Shown: one piece after another, positions 1 through 10,815 of the stretch
How positions within the stretch are numbered: the stretch's first letter is position 1
How the letters are laid out: each line of letters starts with the position of its first letter
DNA from: Felis catus
Lineage: Eukaryota
Direction of reading: 5' to 3'
Assembly: GCF_018350175.1 (NCBI RefSeq)
Contig: NC_058368.1
Span: 40,240,001-40,304,000, forward strand
Length of the DNA stretch: 64,000 bases
Position numbers and translations under genes: made by a program
The notes under the pieces: generated by a model
Databases searched by the model: none
What the model saw: the letters and a program-made list of their open reading frames with translations, nothing else
Told to the model about the DNA's origin: nothing

Positions 1-105
1 GGCTCTCTGCTGTCAGCACAGAGCCTGCTTTGGGTCCTCTGTCCCCACTCCTGCTCGTTCTCTCTCTTTCTCTGAAAACAAATAAACAAACTTAAAAAAA
101 AAAAA
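1..105 (+). mobile_element. CanSINE, 3' part (runs off window start)
   Basis: GGCTCTCTGCTGTCAGCACAGAGCCTGCTT body, CT tract, A-rich tail. Confidence 0.9.
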
Positions 106-1329
106 GAAAATGTAGTTATCTAGGTAAGATGGAATTAAGTCTAAGCATCCAGTCTCCCCTTTTCCACAACCCCGTATTATTATAGATTATTTACTCAAAA
201 CCATGGCATAAACATGAGAAATTAGCAGAGGATTACACAATGCTTAAATTAAAAAAAATTAATGATATGGAAAAAGTTTTATAATAAATTGTTAAATGGT
301 AAAAGACTATTACAAAAAAAATAAAAGACTATTAGAAAACTATGTGTACATTTTAATTCTTCTCCCCTCTGTCACCCATATTTTGAAGGATATTTACTCA
401 ACTATCAAAAATAGTTATACTTGGGTGGGAGTAAATTTTACTTTCTCCATATCTTTTTGTTCCTGCCATATTAAGCATGGGTTACTATTTTAATGAAAAA
501 ATTTCAGTAAATACTTAAGCTTTTGCTAATTGACACTTTCTGAAAGGTATTTTCCCCTTTGATGACCCATATCATGCACACACTTTCCTACATTTTTGAG
601 AATAGATCAGTTACTACTTCTTAAATTGCACTATTTACAACCATAATCTAATGAAGCATTTTATTTGGGGTCAGAGACTGGGACACATTGCTAAGCCTTG
701 GGACTGACTCAAGAAAACTGGTAAATTTAGCTACTTAGTATTAGGAGCTTGAGACAGCTCCATTCTCACTCATTAGGAACTTGGAGTGATTACTTGCATT
801 CTAAAGAAACCAAATGTCTTTGAATATTTTATAAATAAGACAAGCCACATAATATGCTATTTTGAATGTTCTAGTGTTTTGATACTGCATAATGTGATGC
901 AGCCTGACATTACAGAGATCAGCTTCTTTTTTGTTTGATGCTGTTCTTAAAATGTTTTATTACAAATCATTATGCAACATGTGCATTTATCTTCATATTA
1001 CAGTGACAATATATTTGTAAATCACGGAATTACTGCATTATATTTGCATTTATTTCCTTTGGTAAAACAATAGTTATATATTTTATTCTTATAATTTATA
1101 CAACCTTATTCATGCACACACTAAAAAAAACAGCAACAAAACCCTAAACTTTTTGTAATCACACAGCTATAAACACACCAAGAAAAAGATGTGATAATTA
1201 AATGCTTTTGAGTATACAATGAAGATGCTACTGAGAGAAAATAGTTCATTTTAGAATTTCCATTAATTTTAGGCTTACTGAAATCTAAGTGGCAGCCAAG
1301 GGAAAAATACTTATTTAGACACTGAGTTG

Positions 1330-1440
1330 AGTAGTTTATTTAACAAATACTAAGTGCCTACTATGTGTTATGCCCCACTATAAACTCCAGGAGTACAATA
1401 CTAAAGAATAAATAATTTTTCTCATGGACATTGCAATTTC
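1330..1440 (-). mobile_element. L2 (LINE-2) 3' fragment
   Basis: TTATTTAACAAATACT..GTGCCTACTATGTG..., typical of an L2 3' end read in reverse; appears to continue at ~6340. Confidence 0.65.
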
Positions 1441-2119
1441 TGTTCATTTAATTTTTTCCCCTTAAATAGAGTTTACATTTTAGAGCAGATTTAAGTTATC
1501 ATCAAAAATAGAGGAGAAGGTGCCCAGGTATCACATATACACACCCACCTATGCATAACTTTCCTCATTATCAATATTTCTACCAGAATGGAACATTTTT
1601 ACAATCTATAAACTTACATTGACACATCATATCACCCGAAGTCCATGTTTAAGGCTCGCTTTAGATGTTGTACATTCTGTTGTTTGAATAAATTCTACTG
1701 GTTTATCATATGTACCCATCTTTGCAGTATACAGAGCAGTTTTACTGCCCTGAAAATACGATGCTCCTATTTATCCCTTCCTTCCCCCAATCCCTGTCAT
1801 TGCTTTAGCTGGGCATTCCAATAGAATGTTGAAGTGTTGAAAGAGGATATGCTTGGCTTGTATCTGATCTCAGTGGGAAAGCTTCCAGTTTCTGACCATT
1901 AAGTATGATGTGAGCAGGAGGGTTTTGTATATGTTTTTTATCAAACTGAGAAAATTCTCCTTTATTCCCAGTTGCTGAGAGTTTTTGTCACAAATGCGTG
2001 TTGTATTTCAACAAGTGCTTTTCCTGCATCTTGTTTTGTTTTACTTATTTTGTGGTTATAATATATAATTACAATGTATGTATTATATATTACAATATAC
2101 ATTAGCAACTAATCCAAGT

Positions 2120-2616
2120 TTTGGTGGTTAATTTTGTGTTAATTGGATGGGCTAAGGGATACCCATTAATGGATAAAACATTATTTTGGGGTGTGTCTGT
2201 GAGTGTTTCTAGAAGAGATTAGCGTTTTAATCATTAGACTGAGTCCAGAAGATCCACCCTTACATGTGCATGGATATCAACCCATTGATTGAGGGCCTGA
2301 ATAAAACAAAAAAAGTAAGGGAGGGTGAATTCTTGTGCTATCTTCTTGAGCTCTGATGCTTATCTACTCCTGCCCTCTGACTTTAGAGCTCCTGGCTTTT
2401 GGGCCTTCAGATTTGGAACTTATATTAGCAGCCCCCCTTTCTGAGGCCTTCAGCCTTGGACTTGGACTTACACTAGTATGGGACCTATGGTTCTCACGTT
2501 TTCATATTTGGACTAAATTAAACCTCTGACTTTCCAGGTTCTCCAGATTTCAGATAGCAGATTTTGAGACTTTTCAGTCTCCATAGCTTCATGAGCCAAT
2601 TCCTATAATAAATCTC

Positions 2617-2659
<43 letters not shown>

Positions 2660-2727
2660 ATCTACCTGTGTTATCTACCTTCTACATACTTTTGGTTCTG
2701 TTTCTCTGGATAACCCTGACTAATACA
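2120..2727 (+). mobile_element. MLT2-like (ERVL) solo LTR
   Basis: Characteristic start (T)TTGGTGGTTAATTTTGTGT and end GGTTCTGTTTCTCTGGATAACCCTGACTAATACA; 5-bp TSD CAAGT at 2115-2119 and 2728-2732. Confidence 0.85.
2617..2660. repeat. (ATCT)n tetranucleotide microsatellite
   Basis: About 10 perfect ATCT units inside the MLT2 LTR. Confidence 0.95.
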
Positions 2728-3142
2728 CAAGTCCACATTCAAATGACACTATACCACTGCACAGGTAATGTGAGTACCTTATAATACAAAACAATCCTAA
2801 TTTTTCTCTCCCATTCTGTGTATCATTGCTGTCATTTATTTCACTTCATATATAAGCAAACACACACACATATATATTCTTATACATAACAATAAATAAG
2901 AAAATTCATTGCTGCTGCTATATTTTGAACAAATCATTATCTGTTAGATCAATTAATAAAAAAGATAAGTTTTTATTTTATCTTCACTTATTCCTTTTCC
3001 AATGTTCTTCCCTCCTTTGTGAGTATATGAGTTTCTGATCTATATCTTTCTCTTCTCTAAAGAACTTCTTTTAATGTTTTATATAAGGCAGGTCTACAGG
3101 CAATAAACTCCATCAGTTTTTGTTAGTTAAAAACGTCCTTTT

Positions 3143-3341
3143 TGGGTGCCTGGGTGGCTCAGTCAGTTAAGCGTCCCACTCTGGATTTCAGTTTGGATCA
3201 CAATCTCCTGGTTCGTGGGTTCGAGCCCCACATGGGGCTCTGTTCTGACACCATGGAGCCTGCTTGGGATTCTCTCTCTCCCCTTTTCTCTCTTTGCTTC
3301 TCCCCTCTCTTGCACTCTCTGTCTCAAAAAAAAAATAAAAA
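3143..3341 (+). mobile_element. CanSINE
   Basis: GGGTGCCTGGGTGGCTCAGTCAGTTAAGCG head, GTTCGAGCCC, CT tract, A tail. Confidence 0.93.
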
Positions 3342-3485
3342 GGCTTTATTTTTCCTTAACTTTTGAAGATAATTTTTCAGTGTACACAATTCTCTGTTGT
3401 TGTTTTGTCTCTAGACACTTTAAATATTTTACTCTACTCCCTTCTTGCTCACATGAATTGTGCAGAAAACTCATATGTAATTCTT

Positions 3486-3756
3486 GGGCACCTGGGTGGC
3501 TCAGTCTTTAAACATCTGACTTTGGCTCAAGTCATGATCTCATGGTTCATGAGTTTGAATCCCACATCGGTGAACTGGAGCCCTGGTTCGGGTGAACCTC
3601 ACTTTTCTTTCTTGCTCCCCCCACCCTCTCTTCCCCTCCTGGTACTCTCTCTCTCTGCACCTCACTGACTTGTATCCTCTCTTTCTCTCAAAAAGACAGA
3701 AACAAACAAAAAACACCCCCCCAAAAAAAACAAAAAAAACCCCAAAAAATCTCCCC
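3486..3756 (+). mobile_element. CanSINE (older variant body)
   Basis: GGGCACCTGGGTGGCTCAG head; TSD AAAACTCATATGTAATT at 3466-3482 and ~3758-3774. Confidence 0.9.
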
Positions 3757-4216
3757 TAAAACTCATATGTAATTATCTTCACTCCTCTGTAGGCAGGGTG
3801 TTTTTCTTCCCCTGGCTTCTTTCTTTCAAAATATATATATTTTAAATGAAAATGGTATGCCTAGGTGTGATTTTTAGATACTTATTTTGCTTGGTGTTTT
3901 ATGAGCTTGCTGGATCTGTGGGTTTTTGTCTGTTATTAATTTGGGAAAATTTTCAGTCATTACTGTTTCAAGTATTCTTTTTTTTTTTTTTTTTTGTTCT
4001 CCTCCTGGTATTCCTATACGTGTATGCTACACATTTGTACTTGTCCCATAGTTCTTGGCTATTCTGTTTATTCATCTATTTTAGTATTTTTCTTTAATTT
4101 GCTTTTCAGTTTTAGAAATTTCTATTGTGATGTCCTCAAGCTCAGCAATTCTACTAATTCTACTAATAAGCCTATCAAAAGCATTATTTCTGCTACAATG
4201 TTCTTGATCTATAGCA

Positions 4217-4413
4217 TTTTTTAAAGTTTATTTATTTTGAGAAAGATCATGCGACAGAGAGCAGGGGAGGGGCAGAGAGAGGGACAGAATCCCAAGCAGG
4301 CTCCACACTGTCAGCGAGAAGCTGGACTGGAGGGCTAGAGCTTACCAACTGTGAGATCATGATCTGAGCAGAGATCAAGAGTCAGACACTCGGCTAAGCC
4401 ATCCAGACACCCC
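4217..4413 (-). mobile_element. CanSINE
   Basis: TTTATTTATT tail, GA tract, GAGATCATGATCTGAGC core, degenerate head. Confidence 0.88.
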
Positions 4414-6339
4414 AGATCCTATAGAACTTCTTTCTGCTTCTTTCTTGGTTTTTCTGCTCCCATTGCCCATCTCTTCTTACATGCCCTCTACCTTACGCGT
4501 TACAGCTATTCACATATTTATATAATCACAGTTGTTATACATTCCTGGCTTGAAAATTCCAGCATCTCTGCCATATCTGAGTTTGCTTTTGATGCTTTCT
4601 CTGTCTCTTCAAACTGTGTTGTTTTGCCTTTCAACATGTCTTGTATTTTTTTTTTTTCCTAGACTCAGACATGAGATACTGGGTGAAATGAACTACCACC
4701 CCCCCTCCCCCCACCAGCAAAGCCAAATAGTGCACCTTCAGATTCCAGCTGCTCCCTGTTTGCCCTCCTGGGAAATCCCACACTCCTCCCAACCAGATTA
4801 CGCCCCAGGTACAGTTTGTGAGCATCCCTGATGGTGTTCAAAAGAGAACATTTCCTGATTTAAGGGCTTACATGAAAGGGTCAGCTCCTCCATGGAATGG
4901 CGCTGGCAATTAGGCTGGGTCGGTAAGAGAGAACAAAGCCATGAGGTTTTTCTTCAAGGGACAAGATCTGAGGAACAGGCAGAGTGATGGTCTTTTGAGT
5001 TCAATTCTAGAGAACTCGGAGTTGGTGGGGAATAACTGGCCTCAGGACGTGCAATGAAATGGTGTGTTTGGGTTTTTGAGGCTTCGGACCTTGGCAGATG
5101 TGGGACCGGGACCCCAAGTTTCCGCTTCGGAAGCCTATGTCCTTTCACTGACTCGGTCCTTAGTTCTTTAGGAAGGCCATAAACTTGTGTGGGCGCTTTT
5201 TCACTGCCCCCATTCTGGCCTCAGACTACAGCTCCCACGCCCAGCCTTTAGGCCACAGCTCATTCCCACACTCGTGGTGGCAAGCACTCTGAGGCCAGGT
5301 GCCACAGTGTGACTCCGAAAGGGACAGGGACAGGCATCTACAAGGATTGAGGTTTGCCTGATAGGTGTCAGGAGCCAGAAGCCTCGCGGCTGACTTCGGG
5401 ACGAAGCTACTAAAGCAGCCAAAATTCCACACGACCTTACCGGCCCCCGTAGATCTCTCAACATCTCGCGAGATCTGTTTCTGCTGGGTGGTTAACTGAG
5501 ACGGCAGAGTTCCTGGCGTGGACGCAGTGCTTTCTGCTTCACCTCCGTCTCAGTGCTGTTCCAGCTGCTCTGCGGGGACCTACCAGCCTTACCAATAGGT
5601 GAGGAGTAGAGGGAGGAGGAGAATTCTATTGTCCTGTGGTTACAGTTTAGTCTTTTAGTGTGCTTTTATCTTTGGATTATTAACTTCACCTGTGCTCCGT
5701 GTTTAATCCCCTTAAACGGGACAAGAAGCCGGGAGTGGGCTGGAGATGACTAGTTTCCTTCTTCCATGTGGAATGCTAGAAGGGTCTGGGGTTGCATATT
5801 TCCTTTCCTGCAGTGAATTAAACTCTGATAAAACCTGGGAAATTAGACTAATTAAACAAAATGCTCTGGCATATTTTAAAATGTTTTATTTTTCCTCTAC
5901 CTCTGCCAGAAGTAAGAGAGTTTTTGTTGTTGTTTGTTTTTTTCAGCTTTCAGATTCACTGTAAGAATCAGGTTGAGCTTTTGGAGGTAAAAAAACAAAC
6001 AATGTGGAGTCCCCTTTATTAGTGGGTACTTCTGGAATTTTTGACTGTCAGAGTTATCCACACTGATCCTCCAGTAATTATCAAAGTTTAATTTTCCGTA
6101 CCTGGGGATGTTGCTGTTCATGGGCTTCTGATCTGGTAAATTGTGATTGTTTGTAATTTGCCTGTTGGTCTCTCCAATTTTGGGGATACTGGTTTTGCCT
6201 GTAATCTCATTTCTCCTATGGATCTAAGAAAAATTGATTTTCCACTGTGTTTAGTTTTTTTTATTGCTGTTTAAAATAAGAGTACCAGTTCCAAGCTTCT
6301 TACATTCCAGACTGCAGACCAAAAGTGTGGAGACTGCAT

Positions 6340-7560
6340 TTCAATAGAGGAAGACAAATAATAAACAGGCAAACAAAATAAGCATATACTGTGTCAGATG
6401 GTATGTGCTGTGGAGAAAATAAATCAGGATAAGGTAAATACACAGTTCTGTTATGGGACAGAACAGTTTCCTATCTCAGGTTCAGCTGCTCGCTGCTGGA
6501 AAATCTTGCTACTCAAGAGACTGGTGATGGTGAGAAAAGAAAGGTTGCTTTATTCAAGAAGCTGGCAACCTGGGATGATGGTGGACTAAAATCTCCAAGA
6601 CCATTTTTTACCATCCAGGTGAAGCTGGAGGGTTTTAAAGAGGAAGGCATGGGAAAAGGAAGGGGGTATGTGCTAGAGAAGCAGGATCCTGGGCAGTTAG
6701 TCATATGTCGACATGACCGTGAACAGACTTGCTGGCATCCTTGGTAACTGTTTTCAAATGTAGTTAGGCCTTATTTTCTGGGAAAGTGCAGTTCTTTACT
6801 CCTCAAGGCTGATGGTCTGCAAATTTCAAGGAAAGTATGTTACTTCTGCTGCAAAAACCAAAGGGTTAAGGTCAACAAGCAAGGAGTGCATAAGCTTGAA
6901 GCACCTTAACACTTAAGATGGGTTGGGGTGCTGTTAACGGTTCTACTGATAGGGACAAATTGCTCTTTTATATTGGATAGTCAGGAAAGGCCTTGCTGAA
7001 AATGTGGCATTTGAGCAGAAGGAGAGATCCTGGTGGCTATCTGGGGGAAAGAACAGGTGCAAAGACTCTCAAGTGTCAAATGTTCTTGGTGGTCCAGAAC
7101 AAGAAAGGTTGTGTGTCTGGGCAGAGAGAATGAGAGAGAAGTAGGAGATAAGTCACAGGTAATGCCTGGTGAACCCTTGTAGGCCACTGTAAGGTCATTT
7201 GTTTTGATCTGTGTGAGATGGGGACGCTAACAGTCTTGCACTGAAGACTGAGGTAGTCTGATTTAAGTTTTAAAAGTTTATTTTAGCTGTTATGCTGCAC
7301 ATAGACTGTAAAGGGACAGATTTGAAAACAAAGATTAGGGAGCTAATCCAGTATTCAGGCTTCCCTGTGTCATTTATCAGGTTGGTAGTGGTTAGGTGGT
7401 AATTTCAGGTTTTAGAATCTGGATATATTTTGAAGATAAGAGTCAATAAAATTTTGTTTTTGAATTTGTGATATGAGAGAAATAGAGGAAGTAACAACAC
7501 CCCAATTTTTGACCCAGACCAAAATGAAACAGCCGTTTACTGTAATTATGGAAGCAAGTA
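6340..7560 (-). mobile_element. L2 fragments (interrupted by LTR 6449-6939)
   Basis: L2-like AGACAAATAATAAAC..., GTCAGGAAAGGCCTTGCTGAAAATGTGGCATTTGAGCAG, AGAATCTGGATATATTTTGAAG. Confidence 0.7.
6449..6939 (-). mobile_element. ERV1-like solo LTR (carnivore type)
   Basis: Starts TGTTA and ends TAAC(G); 4-bp TSD GTTC at 6445-6448 and 6940-6943; TTTATT (AATAAA on minus) at ~6549; splits the L2. Confidence 0.7.
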
Positions 7561-9150
7561 TCTGAACTGGACAGAATATGAAGTATGGCCTAATGGTAGA
7601 TTGAACTTCAATATGAACACATCACATATAATCCATGTGATGTTTGCAAATATAAATTGGTAACACAACTGAATCAAAATTAATATTCAGAAGAGAGTTA
7701 CCAGCACTGGATAAAGAATGGACCAAAGATTTTATAAGCATTTTGGTAGAGGATGATTTCTGGGAACTTCAATATTACCTTGCAATGCAATTTCTTATTC
7801 TATATGTGTTCTCAAGGACAGAAGATCAAACAGCTACTAGGAAATTCTAGGCAGCAAATAAAAGGAGAAGAAAAATACTTAAACTCTAAATAGAAGAAAA
7901 AAATATAAAAATGTAGTATTACATATCAGAAATAAAAAAACCAGAGGCTTAGTTGACCCACAAAACATCCACTATCATCAGGCACATGTTTGAATGCTTT
8001 TCTATTGAGAGGAGGTACCCATGGAAGAGGCTGAAGGGATCCTGTAATTACCAAATGTTTGTCGCTTCAAATTTTTCTTTGCTATGGGGTCAGGAATGTT
8101 TGTTGTAATTTAATAAAGTTGATAGGAGAAGATTGGGGGAGGAAAACAAGCCACAGTCATTAACCTATAGCATTTTTCACATTTAAATATATATTTGAAA
8201 GGTGTTTAGTATTGTTTATGCAAAAGCATCTATAATGGGATTTATTAGAGAATAATTATGTATGTTGTTCTTAAACAGTGTCTAAATTAAATATTCTGTG
8301 ATTTGTATTGTCAAAGAATACTCATTCTGAATTCTTACATAATTGCATTAAGTAGCACTTATCTTTATTTATTTTATTCTCTTTGTTTTAGCATATTGGT
8401 TTTTGGTCTGTATTGTTTTGGTTAAAAGGGAGCTGAATAATAAGCCATCCTGTCTGTCCTTTTAAAAATTAAATACTATTAAACTTTAATGAAGTTTTAA
8501 AAATTAAACAAAGCATTAAGAATATATTTTTAAAAGAGAAGAGTATATGTGATATTCTATAATCAATGAGAAAAAATATTTTCCTCTGATCAACTAAGGA
8601 ACAGGCAGTTGAGAATATTTGCTCAAAACATTTTATGTGATTTATTCTATTAAAGTATTATTTAAATGATTTTTATTACTTATTTTACAGAGTAGTTTCT
8701 ACATCTTTTTGTTAGTAAATTGATAGTTGCATATGGTATCTGTAATCATATTCTGTTCATATGTAAAAATTTATGAGTGATTGTAATATAAAGTATTAGG
8801 TATAAAAGTTAGGCTATGAAACAACAGACTAAAAATGAAGTATAGTCATCACATAAGTTTTTACTCATGCATTACATTTTAGAGGTCAAGTACATACTTT
8901 TATTTATAGTGATGCTTGGCCATTGTTAATAAAATTGCTACCATGTGTATGATTTTGTAGACTGTTGAGGCAGCTGTGGAATGTTCCTCTAGCTATAACT
9001 TAAACCAGTTTCACAAATTCTCTAAACTTCACTTGACTCATCCATAGACTAGCACTACATCTCCACCTTCTTTTATCCTTTCCCAAGATTTCCAACTCTA
9101 TTAATGAGGAAATTCTACAGCAAGAAGTAGGAATATATACATAAATTGGG

Positions 9151-9156
9151 TGTGTG

Positions 9157-9196
<40 letters not shown>

Positions 9197-9262
9197 TACA
9201 TACACACACACACACATGTGTGTGTGTGTATGTATGTGTGTGTGTGTGTGTGTGTGTATATG
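9151..9262. repeat. Compound (TA)n/(CA)n/(TG)n microsatellite forming an inverted repeat
   Basis: Read directly from the sequence. Confidence 0.95.
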
Positions 9263-9541
9263 TATATTTTTAAGTAGCTTTGACCAAAAAATATATATAA
9301 ACACATAATATTACATAACGGACATTCATAAGATAGGATAAGTACCTACAGATTTATTTAATTTATTTAATTTCATATCCCAATTTACATCATTAAGGAT
9401 CCAAATTCTTTCTTACTTTACATATATTATCCTCAGGGTATAAATTTTATTATTGACTGTCTCTCCTTATAATGGCTATCACAGTCTGTGGCAGTACAAG
9501 AAAATGAAACAATGTCCACCATATTTATATGTGTGTGTTTA

Positions 9542-9544
<3 letters not shown>

Positions 9545-9581
<37 letters not shown>
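9545..9581. repeat. (TG)n microsatellite
   Basis: About 18 TG units. Confidence 0.95.
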
Positions 9582-9582
<1 letters not shown>

Positions 9583-9614
9583 GGGAAGTGCCTTTTATTA
9601 TGTGTTTCTTTTTT

Positions 9615-10115
9615 TCCAGCCTTCTTGAGGTATACTTACTATATACAAGAAACTTGCACATATTTAATGTGTACATTTTGGTGACTTTGAGCATATGCAT
9701 ACACCTGTAACACCATCACCACAGTCAAGGTAGAAAACATTCATCACCTTCAAAAGAATTCTTGTGTCTTCTTGTTCCTCCTCCCTCGCTGCTGCTGCTG
9801 TTGTTGTAGTTGTTATTGTTGTTCTTCTGCTTCTCCTTCTTTTGGTGATAAGAAACTTAGCATGGAATCTATCCTCTTAAATAGTTAAGTGAACAATACC
9901 ATATTGTTAACTATAGGTACTGTGTTGTACAGATCTCTAGAACTTGTATACCTGCAACTTTATACCAGTGAAATAAGTCAGTCACAGGAGGACAATTACT
10001 TCATGATTCCATTTTTATGAAGTATCTAAATTAGTCAAATGCCCGGTAGCAGAGAATAGAATGATGGTTGTAGGGGATGGGGGTGTGGAAATGGGGAAAG
10101 TTTGTCCAGTGGGTA
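9615..10115. mobile_element. Old L1M 3'-end fragments (minus 9615-9965, plus 9968-10115)
   Basis: L1 3'UTR-like TTGAGGTATA...ACCATCACCACAGTCAAG...AGATCTCTAGAACTT, then AGTGAAATAAGTCAGTCACAG on the opposite strand. Confidence 0.7.
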
Positions 10116-10384
10116 TTATGTATTTTTCTTTTTATTACTAAATAACATTTAAGTCACTCAGCAAATTTCCCTTCACGTCTCACAAGCTACAACTCTAACA
10201 ATTGCAACTGTTTCTTGGCAACGGTAATTGAGCAAGGCTGATATTTTTCTGGTTTGTACCAATGTGTGGCTTTTCCACTTATTAGATTTTGAAACAATTT
10301 TGGATTACTTGCCAAACAGCCGCTGACTCAAGCCTATCTAGTACTTCAACAGCCCTATTCTCAGAAGCTTCTGACAGGCAATTC

Positions 10385-10815
10385 TTTTTTTTTTCCAATT
10401 TATTTTTTTAAATTTTATTATTTATTTTTTTTTTTAAATTTACATCCAAATTAGTTAGCATATAGTGCAACAATGATTTAAGGAGTAGATTCTTTAGTGC
10501 CCCTTACCCATTTATTCCATCCCCCTACCACAACCCCTCCTGTAACCCTCAGTTTGTTCTCCATATTTATGAGTCTCTTCTGTTTTGTTTCCCCTCCCTG
10601 TTTTTATATTATTTTTGTTTCCCTTCCCTTATGTTCGTCTGTTTTGTCTCTTAAAGTCCTCATATGAGTGAAGTCATATTATTTTTGTCTTTCTCTGACT
10701 GACTACTTTCACTTAGCATAATCCCCTCCAGTTCCATCCTTGTAGTTGCAAATGGCAAGATTTCATTCTTTTTGATTGCTGACTAATACTCCACTGTATA
10801 TATGTAGCACATTCT
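10385..10815 (-). mobile_element. 5'-truncated carnivore L1 3' end
   Basis: Poly(T) tail, then TTTACATCCAAATTAGTTAGCATATAG ... ATTTCACTTAGCATAAT ... GCAAATGGCAAGATTTCATTC. Confidence 0.9.

Larger units (their letters stand above)
1450..6330 (-). mobile_element. Ancient fragmented L1M element (3'UTR, ORF2 scrap, ORF1/5' region) with nested insertions
   Basis: L1-like antisense blocks at 1460-1800, 1800-2030, 2733-4692 and 5586-6320, interrupted by an LTR, three SINEs and a GC-rich insert. Confidence 0.7.

Noticed and set aside
3142..3668. ORFs like MGAWVAQSVKRPT / MAQSVK... recurring through the window
   Set aside because: Translations of CanSINE sequence, not genes.
5201..5464. 87-aa ORF in the GC-rich insert
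   Set aside because: No recognisable domain; it runs through a likely splice donor, and ORFs of this size are expected by chance in GC-rich DNA.
7773..7876. Minus-strand exon-like segment (pyrimidine tract, CCTAG|68 nt|GTAATA)
   Set aside because: Stops in all three frames and no independent support; it cannot be called.
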